Below are positions 1-12,648 of a DNA stretch of 64,000 nucleotides, one piece after another; the stretch's first letter is position 1, and each line of letters begins with the position of its first letter. A model generated the notes under the pieces. It made no database searches. It saw only the letters and a list, made by a program, of their open reading frames with translations, and was not told where the DNA came from. The stretch lies in contig NC_058368.1 in assembly GCF_018350175.1 (NCBI RefSeq), positions 104,410,001 to 104,474,000 of the forward strand, read 5' to 3'. Made by a program: the position numbers and the translations under genes. The DNA comes from Felis catus (lineage: Eukaryota).

Positions 1-1643
1 TGCCTGGCTCCTCAGAGTTGCCGGGCAGACATTCAAGCACAGACTAGCCAACCGCAGAGCAGAGGCGCACGTTCTCCTGGGAGGACCTGTTTCTGCAGCC
101 CCTGCCCACCTTCAAACACCGGTATTCTGCTAGTCGGGGACGGTGTTTCTCGTCCTCTGGGGGGTGACTTACTGGTGGCTTGTGAAATCCACAAGTGTCT
201 TGGGCAGCACTTAAGGAAGACACAGAATTAAATGGAATTAGGCAAAAAACAAGGGCTGGCGTCCTTTGTACTTTGCAAGGTAAGTTCTGTCTCGTGTTTG
301 GGTGTGCTGGATTGCCATGTAAAACTGATCCCTGAGGGCTACAGTTAAAAAAAAAAAATTAAAAAGTGTGAAAGCTGCTCTTAATCAGGAAGCTTCCTGA
401 GCTCTGGGGGCTGGATGACGAGAGGGTGAGGCAAGCGGGGCCAGCCTGGCTTTCCCCTCTCCTAGAGATCGTTAATGTCTCCGGTAGGGGATTTATTCCC
501 CCAGGTCTCCAAGGCTTTTTAGCTTCCAGTAAAAATTGATGCTCCCTGCACCAGGTAGGACCCTAGGCTTTATCTCCTGATGAGAAGCCAGAGTAACTGA
601 CAGCCCATGAAAGTGACCCTTAAAGCCAAGAGCCAGGGAGGGAGACCATATCTTCTTAGTGGGGGTGGTTGCTTGTTTGGGAGGCAAAAGGAGGGCTACT
701 AAGCACCTCCGACGACGGCCCCATTAGTAATCGCAACCCCACCGTGAGTCCAAGTCAATAACTAAAACCAACCAAGACAAGTCACTGCCCACTGGCTTAG
801 TGCATTGAAGGAACTCATGCATGGAACTGACATTTAGTTTGGTGTGTCCCAGAAAGATAATTCTATATATGAATAGATTTTAGAATAATTTGCTTTCATC
901 ATATGTCAAAACATATCCAGTTTGCCCTTTGGAGTTGCAGAAACCATTTGGCATTTCTTTTTTCCTCTGCAGTTTTAAAAAATGGAAAGTAATGGCAGAT
1001 GCCTGGTCAGTGTTTGGGAGAAACAAATGCCCTACCGCAAGACGATCTGGTTTCCTCGAGTCCTCAGGGCTCATTCCCCAGGCATGGGCAATTGGCACTA
1101 GATTAGCTGCCCACATTTATTGACAAAGGAATTAATCTTCACCAGTGGTGTTTTTTTAAAGCCCATTCTTTCCAGGAAGCTGCAGCAGAACATCGGGCCT
1201 CCTTCATTTTTCCCTTTCTTCCTTTCCCTGCTGACAAAAGTGGCTAAAAATAACCTCGTAAACCCTTGATTCCACTGAGGAAGGTGAGGGAGCAAAAGAA
1301 CAAAAGAATGTCTTTTCCCCAGTGCAGGCCGCCCAGTGCCCAGTTCAGGCATCAAGTGAAAACACAGACATCAGGAGATTGCCTCTTAGACGGGTTGAGG
1401 AGGGTGTGTGTGTGGGGGGGGGGGGGGGGTGGGGAGTGGGGAGGGGAGGCATGAACAATGTGAGGACAGTTACCCTGACATGACAACTGTGTATTTGGTC
1501 AGACAAAACATCTCCATCCATGATCTCTAGGTATGCAGCACCCGCCTTAACTGCATTTTCCTACTATGCTTCTCACTTAACAAAATCATCTTCTGGGGGA
1601 GGGAGAAAGCAGTATACGCTTCCTAAGTCAATAAACCAATGCT

Positions 1644-1858
1644 GGGAGCACCTTAGTGGCTCAGTTGCTTATGCGTCTGATATTGATTTCAGCTCAGGTT
1701 ATGATCTCAAGGGTTCATAGGATCGAGCCCTGCGTCCAGCTCTGTGCTGACAGTGCTGAGGCTGCTTGGGATTTTCTCTCTCTCCCCACCCCCCCGCCCC
1801 TCCCCCTCCCTCACTTGCTCCCCGTCTCAAAAATGAATAAACTTAAAACAAATTAAAA
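1644..1858 (+). mobile_element. Older CAN-SINE (SINEC family)
   Basis: tRNA-like head (tggctcagttg), CT-rich linker and A-rich tail; diverged from the young copies. Confidence 0.88.
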
Positions 1859-2177
1859 TGAACGCTGAGCCAGGAACTGCCCATTTCCATTCCATACACT
1901 CTACTGAAAGTCCTCCTCAGTTAGACCCTAGGTAAAGTGCATGGCTCTGTTGGCTATCTTCCAAGGAGTGCTCAGCCTGTTAATAACTGAGCATCTACTG
2001 TATGCGCCAGACTAGGGTTTGTGCAGAAAGGCACAAAGCAAGAGAGAAAACCACAACAGTTGCAAGAAGAGATGCATGAGAGAATGAAGGGTTGAAAGGT
2101 TGTAGCACTGGGGTTTCTCTGGTCCATGGAGTTATGCATAATGATCTTTGAGCTAGGTTCAATGGGGGTGATGTCTT

Positions 2178-2363
2178 TTTTTTTTTAATGTTTATTTTTG
2201 AGAGAGAGAGAGACAGAGCGTGAGTGGGGGAGGGGCAGAGACAGAGGGAGACACAGAATCTGAAGCAGGCTCCAGGCTCTGATGCAGGGCTCAAACTCAC
2301 AGACTGAGATCATAACCTGAGCCAAAGTTGGACACTTAACCGACTGAGCCACCCACACTCCCC
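2178..2363 (-). mobile_element. CAN-SINE (SINEC_Fc2-like)
   Basis: Reverse-complement SINE body; TSD caatgggggtgatgtctt 2160-2177 / cagtgggggttatgtctt 2364-2381. Confidence 0.92.
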
Positions 2364-2811
2364 CAGTGGGGGTTATGTCTTAAACTCCCATGGATTTCAG
2401 TATGGCTGTGTCACCCATGACAGGATGGCAGCATGGAACTTGGTGATCTACATGGTAAGACTAGTGTCGAAAGAGGACGTACAGACCCCAGGGAATTAAC
2501 AAACATGATGGACTTCCATATGTTGGTGCTGACATGGCATTAACTGTCTGATTGGCAGAGGTAGCCTGAGGAAAGTGTTGTGATGAGGGTAGGTTTCTTG
2601 GCTAGGCAGTATTCGTCGCATGTGATTTTATGGGTGTGTGCCTTTATTGGTTTGCAGCTATGGAGTTGGAAAGGTGAAAAAGGTGGGTGTGGAGAGAGGA
2701 GGGAGAATTTTGCCTTCCGTGAAGCTTTATCAAGATGATATACCAGGGAAGGAAATACCGTTAAAAGACAATGTTTAGGAGGTAAACAGTTACACATGCA
2801 TTTAAATCTAT

Positions 2812-3036
2812 GGGGCGCCTGGGTGGCGTAGTCGGTTAAGCGTCCGACTTCAGCCAGGTCACGATCTCGCGGTCCGTGAGTTCGAGCCCCGCGTCAGGCT
2901 CTGGGCTGATGGCTCAGAGCCTGGAGCCTGTTTCCAATTCTGTGTCTCTCTCTCTCTCGGCCCCTCCCCTGTTCATGCTCTGTCTGTCTCTGTCCCAAAA
3001 ATAAATAAAAAACGTTGAAAAAAAAATTAAAAAAAA
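2812..3036 (+). mobile_element. Young feline CAN-SINE (SINEC_Fc-like)
   Basis: ggggcgcctgggtggcgtagtcggttaagcgtccgacttcagccaggtcacg head, CpGs retained, poly-A tail; short TSD aaatcta. Confidence 0.95.
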
Positions 3037-4382
3037 AAATCTAAATGCCATTCCCATCACGTACATGTGTTAAAGAAAACAAGATACCAACAGCTAATAA
3101 CTTAGAGAGTTCAAATTCATCCTCCCTAAAGGATTTAATTATTCTGTTAAACTGATTTCCCATTAAAGATTGTAACACAGAGATCATTTAAATACAGAAA
3201 AAAATATGGTGACACTACAATGGTCAGTATATGTCTAAACAACATTTATAGGGGTTTTGATGGAACGGGAAATAGTGTCCTCTGTGACAAAGATCACATT
3301 CCATACAATGAGAGTCCTAGAAAGGTGGAGCTATACACTCAAAGACCTAAACTCTTTTGTCTTTGCAAATTCTGGAGCTAGAGCCCCAGTTGTAAAAGGA
3401 AAAGACCCCATCTCTCTCCAATCTAACAACACTTCATGAAAGACTGAGCCCTTGATAAGGTGGACTGCCCCCAATGATACCCTAGAGGGACAGACATATG
3501 GCGCCTGGCCTGCTTCCCCTGGCTTCCCTTCTGGTTCTCAAGGGAATCGTAGAATTCTCAGCATACACGGGCAGATGTTATTAGAGGGTTGGGATCAGAG
3601 AGGCGGAGGTGCTTATAGAGAATAGTTAGATTAGGGTTAAGTCATCTGAGAAGGGAGGGGTTGAACCTGGTAGAAATTCCTGGGATCTCAGGGAGAATCA
3701 GGAATGATCAGGAAATAAGAGGTGGCAGAAGGGAAGGAGATAGCTTCCATGATCCTAAAGGCTCATCTTAGAAAGGGGTCTGAACTGGTTAAACAAACTG
3801 TACACATCCATATCATGGAATGCTGGGTCATGCCTCCCAGTATGACCACCACCCCTGACGATTCCTCCAGTACCCCAACTCCAACAAGCTTTCAATTTCC
3901 CTGGAACCTCTAATCCATTGATTCTTCTCCCTTTTGACTCTACCTCATCCTCTTGATGATTGTCCTTTGGTCCTAAGCCCATTTAAACAAAAACTCCATC
4001 CTTAGAAGCCATCTGTTTGCATGTACCCACAACTCTTGCCTCTTTCCTGTCTATTCTCTTGGCAAGGGCACGATCCAGTTCTTTGCCAGTTCTACGCCTA
4101 TACCCTTTGCTGCTGAATATGACTGGAGAAAAACACAGAGCTGCACCGAATGGAAATTTGTGACCGCAAGACCGAGCCCGGAATGCTGCCCCACAATCAT
4201 TCTTCGTTTTTCTCTTTCTGGACCCTTCCCAACAGCATACACATACATGGCTGGTTATTTTTCCCACCTCAAAAAATCCTCTTTTCTCTGCCTTGTGTAG
4301 CTCTTACCTCATTTCTCTGCTCCCCCTGCAGCAAATATCATCAAAAGAGGTTTCTTTCTGTCCTCCCATTCTCTGTCTCTTG

Positions 4383-4525
4383 CAGCTTTATGAAGGTATA
4401 ACTGAAGTACCCTACCATGTACATATTTAAAGTGTACAATTTGATTGGTTTTGACATATGTGTATACTGAGAGATCATTACCACAGTCACGATAATGAAG
4501 CCATCCATAACCCTCAAGAGTTTCC
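4383..4525 (-). mobile_element. Ancient L1M 3' end fragment
   Basis: cagctttatgaaggtataactg...tttaaagtgtacaatttgat...ttttgacatatgtgtatac, typical of an antisense L1MB/MC 3' terminus. Confidence 0.7.
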
Positions 4526-5148
4526 TTCAGTACCTTTCCTTTTGTCCTCCACCCATTCTAATGAGCCTTCTGCCAGCACCACTCCAAAGAAACTCCTGGT
4601 CAAGGTCACTGGTTATCTACATGTTCCTGAATCGAACGGTCGATCCTCAGTCCTTACCTTACTTGACCTCTGCAGCATATTGACCTATTTATTTTCTCCT
4701 TCCATCTTGGCACACTTTCTTCTCTTGGCTTCCAGGACATCGTAATTGATTGGGTTTCCTCCCCTTTTCACTATCCTCTTACCGTAAAGAGCCCTAGGAT
4801 GCAGTCCATGGTGCCCCTTTCCTCTCTGTCTAAATTCACTTCCTTCATAATCCTCAACCAGTAACACGATTAATCCCAAATTTCTCTCCATCCTGGACCT
4901 CTCTCTTCTACTCCTTACTCGTACATCCCACTGCCTAGGTAAGATCTCCACTTCTCCAGTGTACCATGTTGAAAGCCGAACTCCTGAATCTACCCCTCTA
5001 CAAAATTTGCTCTCCTACAGTCGTCCTCATCTTGGTCAACGGCATCTCCATCCTTCCAGATGCTCGGGCAGCCAACAGCTGAGTACTTATTCTTGACTTT
5101 TTTCTTTGTGTTACCACCACCAGATCCATCAGAAAATCTGCTTAATTT

Positions 5149-5374
5149 GGGGTGCCTGGGTGGCGCAGTCGGTTAAGCGTCCGACTTCAGCCAGGTCACG
5201 ATCTCATGGTCCGTGAGTTCGAGCCCCGCGTCAGGCTCTGGGCTGATGGCTCGGAGCCTGGAGCCTGTTTCTGATTCTGCGTCTCCCTCTCTCTCTGCCC
5301 CTCCCCCGTTCATGCTCTGTCTCTCTCTGTCCCAAAAATAAATAAAAACGTTGAAAAAAAAATTAAAAAAAAAA
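5149..5374 (+). mobile_element. Young feline CAN-SINE (SINEC_Fc-like)
   Basis: Perfect 18 bp TSD agaaaatctgcttaattt 5131-5148 / 5375-5392. Confidence 0.97.
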
Positions 5375-5555
5375 AGAAAATCTGCTTAATTTTACTTTCA
5401 AAACCTAGGCAGAATCTAACCACTTTTACTGCCTCCACTGCTTCCAACTTGGTCATTTCTTGCTTGGCTTACTCTGATGGTCTCCTAATCTTCTTTTCCC
5501 TATAGTGTGTTTTCTATAAGGCAGCCACATAGATTCTTTTAAAAATGAAGTTAGG

Positions 5556-5752
5556 AGGTTCCCTGTGTGGCTCAGTCGGTTAACTGTCTGAATCTTGATT
5601 TTGGCCCAGTTCATGATCTCGTGGTTCCTGAGTTCAAGCCCTGCATCCGGCTCCACACTGACAGTGCAGAGCCTGCTTGGGATTCTCTATCTCCCTGTCT
5701 CCGTTCCTCCCCCATTCCCACTTTCTCTCTCTCTGAAAATAAATAAACTTAA
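5556..5752 (+). mobile_element. Older CAN-SINE
   Basis: TSD aaaaatgaagttagg 5541-5555 / aaaaatgaagctagg 5753-5767. Confidence 0.92.
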
Positions 5753-5974
5753 AAAAATGAAGCTAGGTCACATGATCCCTTGCTCATAAACCTTCCTATG
5801 GCTCCCCATTTTTCTCAGAATCACAGCCAACTTCCTTACAATGGCCTAAAGGGCCCTACACATTCTAGTCCTCCCCCCCGCTTTATCTCTCCATCCCATA
5901 TTGAGCTCACTCCATTCCAGCCACGGTGGCCTTTGCACTAGCTGTTCATTCTGGCTTTAAGTGCTTTCTTCCTG

Positions 5975-6480
5975 GCACAGCCACTCTGGAAAACAGTCTG
6001 GAAGTTCCTCAAAAAATTGAATACAGAGTTACCATCTGATCCAGCAATTCCACTCCTAGGTATATACCTGCTAGAATTGAAAACAAAGCTTCCAACGAAA
6101 ACTTACACATGAATGTTCAAGGCAGCATTGTTCCCAGTACCCCAAAGTGGAAATGCTCAGTGTCCATCAACTGATGAATGGATCAACAAATGTGGCGTAT
6201 CCACACAACAAAATATAATTCAGCCATAAAAGAATGAAGTACTGATACGTGCTACAACTTGGATGAAACGTCTAGACGTTATACTCAGCGAAAGAAGCCA
6301 TACACAAGAGGTCACATATTGTGACCGTTTCATTTACATGAAATGTCCAGAAGAGGCAAAGCCATAGGGACAGAAAGTTGGCAACACCAAGTTGCCAGGG
6401 GCTGTGGGGAAAGGGCAATGGCAAGTGACTGCGACTGGGCACAGGGTCTTGTTGGGGGTGATGATAATGTTACGGATTAC
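5975..6480 (+). mobile_element. Ancient L1MB-like ORF2 end / 3' UTR
   Basis: cagccactctggaaaacagt...gatccagcaattccactcctaggtatata...tgtccatcaactgatgaatggat. Confidence 0.85.
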
Positions 6481-7044
6481 TCCTGTGCCTCCATCAAGGC
6501 TTTGCTCAAGTATCATTTTTCAGTGAAAATTTCAAACACCCTACCACCCTCCTTGCTCTTCTCATCCCTCTTATCCTGCCTTATATTTTAATCCTTGTAC
6601 TATGTGTCAGTTTCCGACATGATACACACTTTGCTTACTGTGTCAATTGTCATTTCCTCCCACTAAAATGGAAGCTTCCTGACTTCAGACATTTTTGTCT
6701 GCTTGTCTACTTACGTAGTACAAGTATCTGGAGTACTACTTTGTGCATCAATAAATATTGACTGAATGAATAAATTAATACCAAGAAGACCTGAAGACTG
6801 ATATGCAGAAGAATACCGAATCATGAAATAATAATTTATTCTTAAGTGAAAAAAGTAGATTAGCAAACAATATATAGTATTTACAGTATGATCCCTGAAT
6901 TGTTAAGAAATAAAAATGTATTATGCATAGGAAATACATTAGGGAGGTGAGATACATTAAAATACATCGCAATCCCTGAGTGTTGTGATTATAGTTAGTT
7001 ATCGATTTATTTCTAAAAAAATGTGTTTGTATTTTCTAAACTGA

Positions 7045-7250
7045 CAGGCTTTGGAATCAGGCAGATTTGGGATATAATCTGTGCTCCACTTCTTACTGGC
7101 TATGTAAATCTGAGCAAGTTATTTAACTCCTGGTGACTCAGTTTCCTCATCTTTAAATGGTATTAACCTTACTGGACTCGTTTGAAGATTAAATAATACA
7201 TGTAAAGCATTCAGCATGTGCTTGGCACATGCTAGGCACTGAGTTATCAT
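7045..7250 (+). mobile_element. MIR
   Basis: ggctttggaatcaggcaga...gcaagttatttaac...ctcagtttcctcatct...atgtaaagca...tggcaca core. Confidence 0.8.
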
Positions 7251-7307
7251 TACCTTTCTAAAAACTATGGAGTTCACATATTTAAAAAAAAACTTTTTTT
7301 AATGTTT

Positions 7308-7516
7308 TTTTAAAATACATTTTTAATGTTTATTTATTTTTGAGACAGAGCATGAGCGAGGGAGGGGCAGAGAGGGAGGGAGACACAGAATCTGAAACAG
7401 GCTGCAGCTCTGAGCTGTCAGCACAGAACCCAACGTGGGGCTCGAACCCACGAACCACGAGATCATGACCTGAGCTGAAGTCGGACACTTAACGGACTGA
7501 CCCACCCAGACACCCC
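7308..7516 (-). mobile_element. CAN-SINE inserted in the A-tail of the next SINE
   Basis: Full reverse SINE body flanked by ttttaatgttt at ~7297 and ~7517. Confidence 0.88.
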
Positions 7517-7716
7517 TTTTAATGTTTATTTTTTGAGACAGAGACAGAGTGTGAGCTGGGGAGGGGCAGAGAGAGAGGGAGACACAGAATCCGAAGCAGG
7601 CTCCAGGCTCTGAACTATTAGCCCAGAGCCTGATGCAGGGCTCAAACTCAGGAACTGCAAGATTATGACCTGAGCCAAAGTCAGGTGCTCAACCAACTAA
7701 GCCACCCAGGCACCCC
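7517..7716 (-). mobile_element. CAN-SINE (host of the nested copy)
   Basis: Outer TSD aaaactatggagttca 7261-7276 / ataattatggagttca 7717-7732. Confidence 0.88.
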
Positions 7717-8229
7717 ATAATTATGGAGTTCAAAATGTACTACTTCCTGAATTTTTTTTCATAAACATTTTGAGTCATACTCTTTTAAATTCCTTTGAGT
7801 GAACAATGAACGAGTATAGACTCTCACCTTTGTTATACGTCTGTACACTCTCTTGAATCATTCAAGCCTTGAATCATCCATTTCTCTACTGACCAGGTCC
7901 ACTGGACTCATTTGTTCCCTGTTGATTTTGGGTGATGTTTGACTCATCTGGCCAAGAGGAGATGACATGTACATAGCACTGTCTGCAAGGCAACTGACCT
8001 TTAATGTTTCCTTCTGAGTTGTTTGGGCATTTTTGTCCATTGTTGAGTGATTGCTCTGTAGGTTTTTTAGTTTTGGCACAACTGTAATCGAGGGTCTCTA
8101 ATGCTCTAAGAAGGATACAGAAGTTACAACATAAAAAACTCAAAAGCAAGCTCTTGAGTTTTCTCTAGCTAGACTGTCTTCTTATGGGGAGGGGGAATCA
8201 GCAAGGCAGAGAAAATCGTAAATTTTCAC

Positions 8230-10020
8230 CTCCCTTTTCAAAGTTATTGTAAAAGTGATGTATTCTCATGGAAAAACAGATTCACTCATTAAAGGAGGGT
8301 ATACATGGAAGCAAAATACCTCTAGTTCACAAACGACTCCTAGTCCTGGAATTACAAGTGGTTACACTTGTAACAATTCCTGGTTTATCAAATTTAAGCA
8401 ATATCAATTCCTTGTTTTTAAAAAATTAGAAATTTAGCCCCCTCCCTTTTTTCCCTCCTTTTTCCTCTCCCTAAATTTTGTTATATTTTTTACTTTTAAG
8501 TTCTTTGTTAACTTTATAGGTTTAAATAATGGTCCTGTATTTTTCTTTTTTAGTTCACCTTCAGCCAGTATCTCTTAAGCTCCCCCCAGTTGTGTAAGTC
8601 GAGGAAACTGGCACTATTCTACCTCCCTCTGTTGCTTCTCTTTTCCATCACTCACATAGATTCTCTCAGCCACATCAATTTTGCATTCTTAGGGTTTATA
8701 ACTTAATTGTCTGTAATCACCCTTGTCTTCCACAGATTCTTTACGAATAGGTTCTAGAAAACGAAAACCAAGAAAGCATTTTAACATTATGAGTCGCCAT
8801 AGATACAATTTGCTTCAGAACTAAGTAGTGTGACTAGACACTGACAGAAGGTGATGTGGGTTTCCTTAATCCATATTGCTTGAAAGAAAATGCCCCAGGC
8901 CTCAAAGTTGTTATAAAAGTGTTAATTATTTTGGGGGGGGCACATGGGTGGCTTAGTTGGTTAAGCATCCGACTTTGGCTCAAGTCATGATCTCATGGTT
9001 AATGGGTTTGAGATCTGCATCGGGCTTGCTGCTGTCAGCCTGGAGCTTGGGATCCTCTGTCTCCCTCTCTCTCTGCCCCTCCCCTGCTGGCTCGCTTGCT
9101 CTCTCTCCCTGTCTATCTCAAAAAAACAAAAACAAAAACAAAACTTAAAAATTTTTAAGTTATTTTTTACCAATTGCTCTAAATCACAACACATTTTCAT
9201 TTGTTTCATAGTTGCACTATGTATTTCTTATGGAGCTTTTTGTTTTTCCTGACAGTTTGAATTGCCTTTATTTTATTTTTTTCTTGTTGGCAATAGTAGC
9301 CTATTTTTCACCCAAATGCTAAGATCATACATCTGGTTAATCAAATCGTTACAGAAAATCCACATTCTTCTTGAAGTCATGCTTCCTGTTGCTCTCTGAC
9401 TCACACAGTCAGACATACTGTGTAATTCAGACACACTGTTTTCTAAACATGCCACATCCCTAGGATTTCTTTTCATCACACTCTTTGAAATTAGGGTCAA
9501 TATTTTCTCAAATATGTTCTCCTTTCTTTTGGGTCCTCTGCTTCCTTTGCTATAGAATATTCTCAAACAATTTTCTCCCCCAGAGATCTTTATTCCAGAC
9601 ATTTCTAAAATTTTTATTTTCCCTTTCTCTCAATTAATAGCTTAATGATAAATAAACTCTAGGTTTCAAACTCTTTTCCTTCTGAGCTGTGAATTAATTT
9701 TTTCATGAGTTGCTGATGGCAAATAAAATGCCAGTCTGATTCTTATTTCTTTAAAGTGTTCCCCCTCTCTGAATATTGTTAGCATCTTTTCCTTCTCATT
9801 CGTGTTGAGAATTTCATAGAGTTTTGCCCTTTTAATCTGAAGCTCTGGGAAATGTTATTTCTTTAAATACTTGTATCACCCCTTTGTCTTTATTCTTTTT
9901 TTGGAGCTCTTAATCATATGTTGGACTTCTAGGATGGGCTGTCCATGTCCATGAAATATTCTTTTATATCTCCTTGTCTTTTTGTTCTAAGATCTAGGCC
10001 ATATACTTGACTTTGTTTTA
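8230..10020 (-). mobile_element. Highly decayed ancient L1 (L1ME-like), antisense
   Basis: T-rich antisense L1-like composition and motif gttgctgatg...atgccagtctgattctt; boundaries uncertain. Confidence 0.45.
8933..9150 (+). mobile_element. CAN-SINE
   Basis: SINE head, CT linker, (aaaaac)n tail. Confidence 0.9.
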
Positions 10021-10034
10021 AATGCAGAAAATGT

Positions 10035-10242
10035 GGGGCGCCTGGGTGGCTCAGTCGGTTGAGCGTCCGACTTCAGCTCAGGTCACCATCTCGCAGCCCG
10101 CGAGTTCGAGCCCCGCGTCGGGCTCTGGGCTGATGGCTGGGAGCCTGGAGCCTGCTTCCGATTCTGTGTCTCCCTCTCTCTCTGCCCCTCCCCCGTTCAT
10201 GCTCTGTCTCTGTCTGTCTCAAAAATAAATAAAAGTTAAAAA
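10035..10242 (+). mobile_element. Feline CAN-SINE (young/intermediate)
   Basis: TSD taaatgcagaaaatg 10019-10033 / 10243-10257; CpGs retained. Confidence 0.95.
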
Positions 10243-10282
10243 TAAATGCAGAAAATGAATTTTGAAAATTTCGTCCACCATA

Positions 10283-10457
10283 TTTTATTTTTATTTTTAG
10301 AGAGGGGGGAGGGGCAGAGGGAGAGAGAGAGAATCCCAAGCAGGCTCCATGCTTGGTGTGGAACCCAATGCAGGGCTTGTTCCCATGACCCTGGGATCAT
10401 GACCTGAGCCAAAATTAAGAGTTGGATGCTCAACCGACTGAAACACCCAGGTGACCC
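10283..10457 (-). mobile_element. Older CAN-SINE
   Basis: Reverse SINE; TSD tcgtccacca / tcatccacca. Confidence 0.88.
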
Positions 10458-10559
10458 TCATCCACCAAATTTTTAATTTCCACTGTTTTTATTCCTTAAA
10501 CTTCCATTTATATAGTCACCTCTTCTTATTTTCTGGATACAAATATTCTTTTTATTTAA

Positions 10560-12300
10560 AAAGTTTTACAGAGAAAATAAACACCTCTGTATTTACAATT
10601 CAGAATTTTTTTTAAAGTTTACATTTTGTCATTTGTGCTTTAGATACTTTTCTTATTAAAAGAAATGAGACCATTGAGGTCAGCTGAAGTGGCCTTTTTT
10701 TCCCCCAACCCCTATCCCTACTTCTGTTCTTCCCTCTTTCTCTTTCTTACCATCATTCACTTCTTACCAGAGGCAATCACCGTTATAAATTTTGTTGGTT
10801 TTCTTCTAGTCCATGTCTACTATTTTTAATATGTCATTATCTTTGAAGAGTACACAGTATTGTTTTATGTACATTAAATCTGTACCATAGTAGACATATT
10901 CCAGAAACATTTTGTTCACCCAATACTTGTTTAAAATTTGTCCATATTGAGGGCTGCCTGGGTGGCTCAGTTGGTTAAGTGTCTGACTTCAGCTCAGATC
11001 GTGATCTTGCAGTTTGTGGGTTTGAGCCCCGTGTCAGGCTCTGTGCTGACAGCTTGGAGCCTGGAGCCTGCTTTGGATTCTGTGTCTCCCTCTCTCTGCC
11101 CCTCCCTCACTTGTGCTCTCTCTCTCTCTCTCTCAAAACTAAATAAACATTTAAAAAAAAATCTATCCTTGTTGATACACAGGGATCCAGTTTGTTCATT
11201 TTCAGCTGCTGTGAGCATCCTCATGATCATTCATTTAACAAATACTTAATGTGCACCAAAAATGTTCCTGAAACCGTTCAGGTGGCTGGAGGCACAGCCA
11301 CGAAGGAAACAAAATACGAACATAGCATATTTTATCTTTCCTCCGTCCACAGACATTAGGTTTTGCCATGACCAATACTGCTTCAGTGACTGTTCTTGTA
11401 CCAGGCTTTGATTGCATGTGCTTCTCTAGTGAATATTTCTAGAGAGGTAAAGCTCTTTATCACAGGCCACATTTTCAATGTGACCAAGTATTGCCACCTT
11501 GCTGTCCAAAGTGGTGCATCAGATGGCATGCCCAGCAAGCTGAGAGAATTGTCTGTTCTGTTCATCCTGCTCTGCATTTGGAAAGTCATACTTCTTTTAT
11601 TTTTGCCATTCTGATGGCCGAGGAATGGTGCCTCTTGGTTTTAGTAAGCATTTCCCCTAATTGTTAGTGAGGCTTACCATCTCTTCTCCCATTTATTGGT
11701 CCTTTAAATCTCCTTTGTGTACTCCCTGAAGGGATCCTTCGCTGCTCTTTTTTGTAGTTAGTTGTTTGTCTTTTTCTTACCAACTTGTAACGTTCTCCAT
11801 CTATACAGTGTGGAAGCAAAAACATTTTCTGTTTTATACATTGAAAATATATTTTTGCAATTCAGGGTTTGTGTCTTTATTTATAGCAGCCTCTGCATAA
11901 AAGAATTTTACTTCTTAATGCCATCTTTGCCTTTATGAACTGTCCTTTTTGTATACTGACTGAAAAATAATCTCTCCCCCACAGTCATAAAGAAATTCTC
12001 CCCTCTATTTCCTCTTAGTAATTTTAAAGGTTTATTTTACACACACAGGCCTCTAATTCATCTAAAATTACCCATCTGTATGAGTTAGGCATTAGTCTAC
12101 CTTTTTGTCATAATGAGAGCTAAATCATTTATTAAACAATCTTTCTTTTTCTCCCTTATTTTTAATGCCTTGTCTACCCTCTGCCAAGTTCCCACATATA
12201 TTTTGAAGATTGTTTCTGTGGTTTCTATGATGTTACAATGAATGGATCTGCGATTTGTCAGGTTCTTTTTTGAAACAATTCTCTTTTGCTCCCTAAGTTT
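10560..12300 (-). mobile_element. Ancient L1ME-like fragment, antisense
   Basis: ccagaggcaatcac..., tttttgccattctgatgg...aatggtgcctcttggttttagtaagcatttcc antisense L1 3' motifs; interrupted by a SINE. Confidence 0.6.
10950..11157 (+). mobile_element. CAN-SINE (SINEC_Fc2-like)
   Basis: SINE body; degenerate TSD aaaatttgtccatattg / aaaatctatccttgttg. Confidence 0.92.
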
Positions 12301-12395
12301 CCCATCTTTCACCCAGTCTCAGTACTACTCTGTCTGTCTTCACTTACATTGGCCATATTTTTAAACAGACCTCTTTATTTAAAGATGAGGAAACA

Positions 12396-12593
12396 GGGGG
12401 CACCTGGGTGGCTCAGGCGGTTGAGCATCTGACTCTTGATCTGGCTCAGGTGATGATCTCACATTTCATGGGTTCGAGCCCCACATTGGGCTCCACTGAC
12501 AGCATGGAGCCTGCTTGGGATTCTCTCTCTCCATCTCTCTCTCTGCCCCTCCCCCACCCACTCACTCTCATTCTCTCTCTTCTTTAAAAAAAA
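12396..12593 (+). mobile_element. Older CAN-SINE
   Basis: TSD aaagatgaggaaa 12381-12393 / 12594-12606. Confidence 0.92.
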
Positions 12594-12648
12594 AAAGATG
12601 AGGAAATGGAATGAAGCAAATAAATACGCCTTTAAAACTTGATCATGT

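Larger units (their letters stand above)
3840..6776 (+). mobile_element. Ancient LINE-2 (L2a-like), fragmented by later insertions
   Basis: L2-like motifs ctggagaaaaacaca (~4122), caccactcc...gtcaaggtcac...cttacttgacct (~4577-4670), L2 3' end caataaatattgactgaatgaataaat (~6749-6775); boundaries approximate. Confidence 0.75.
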
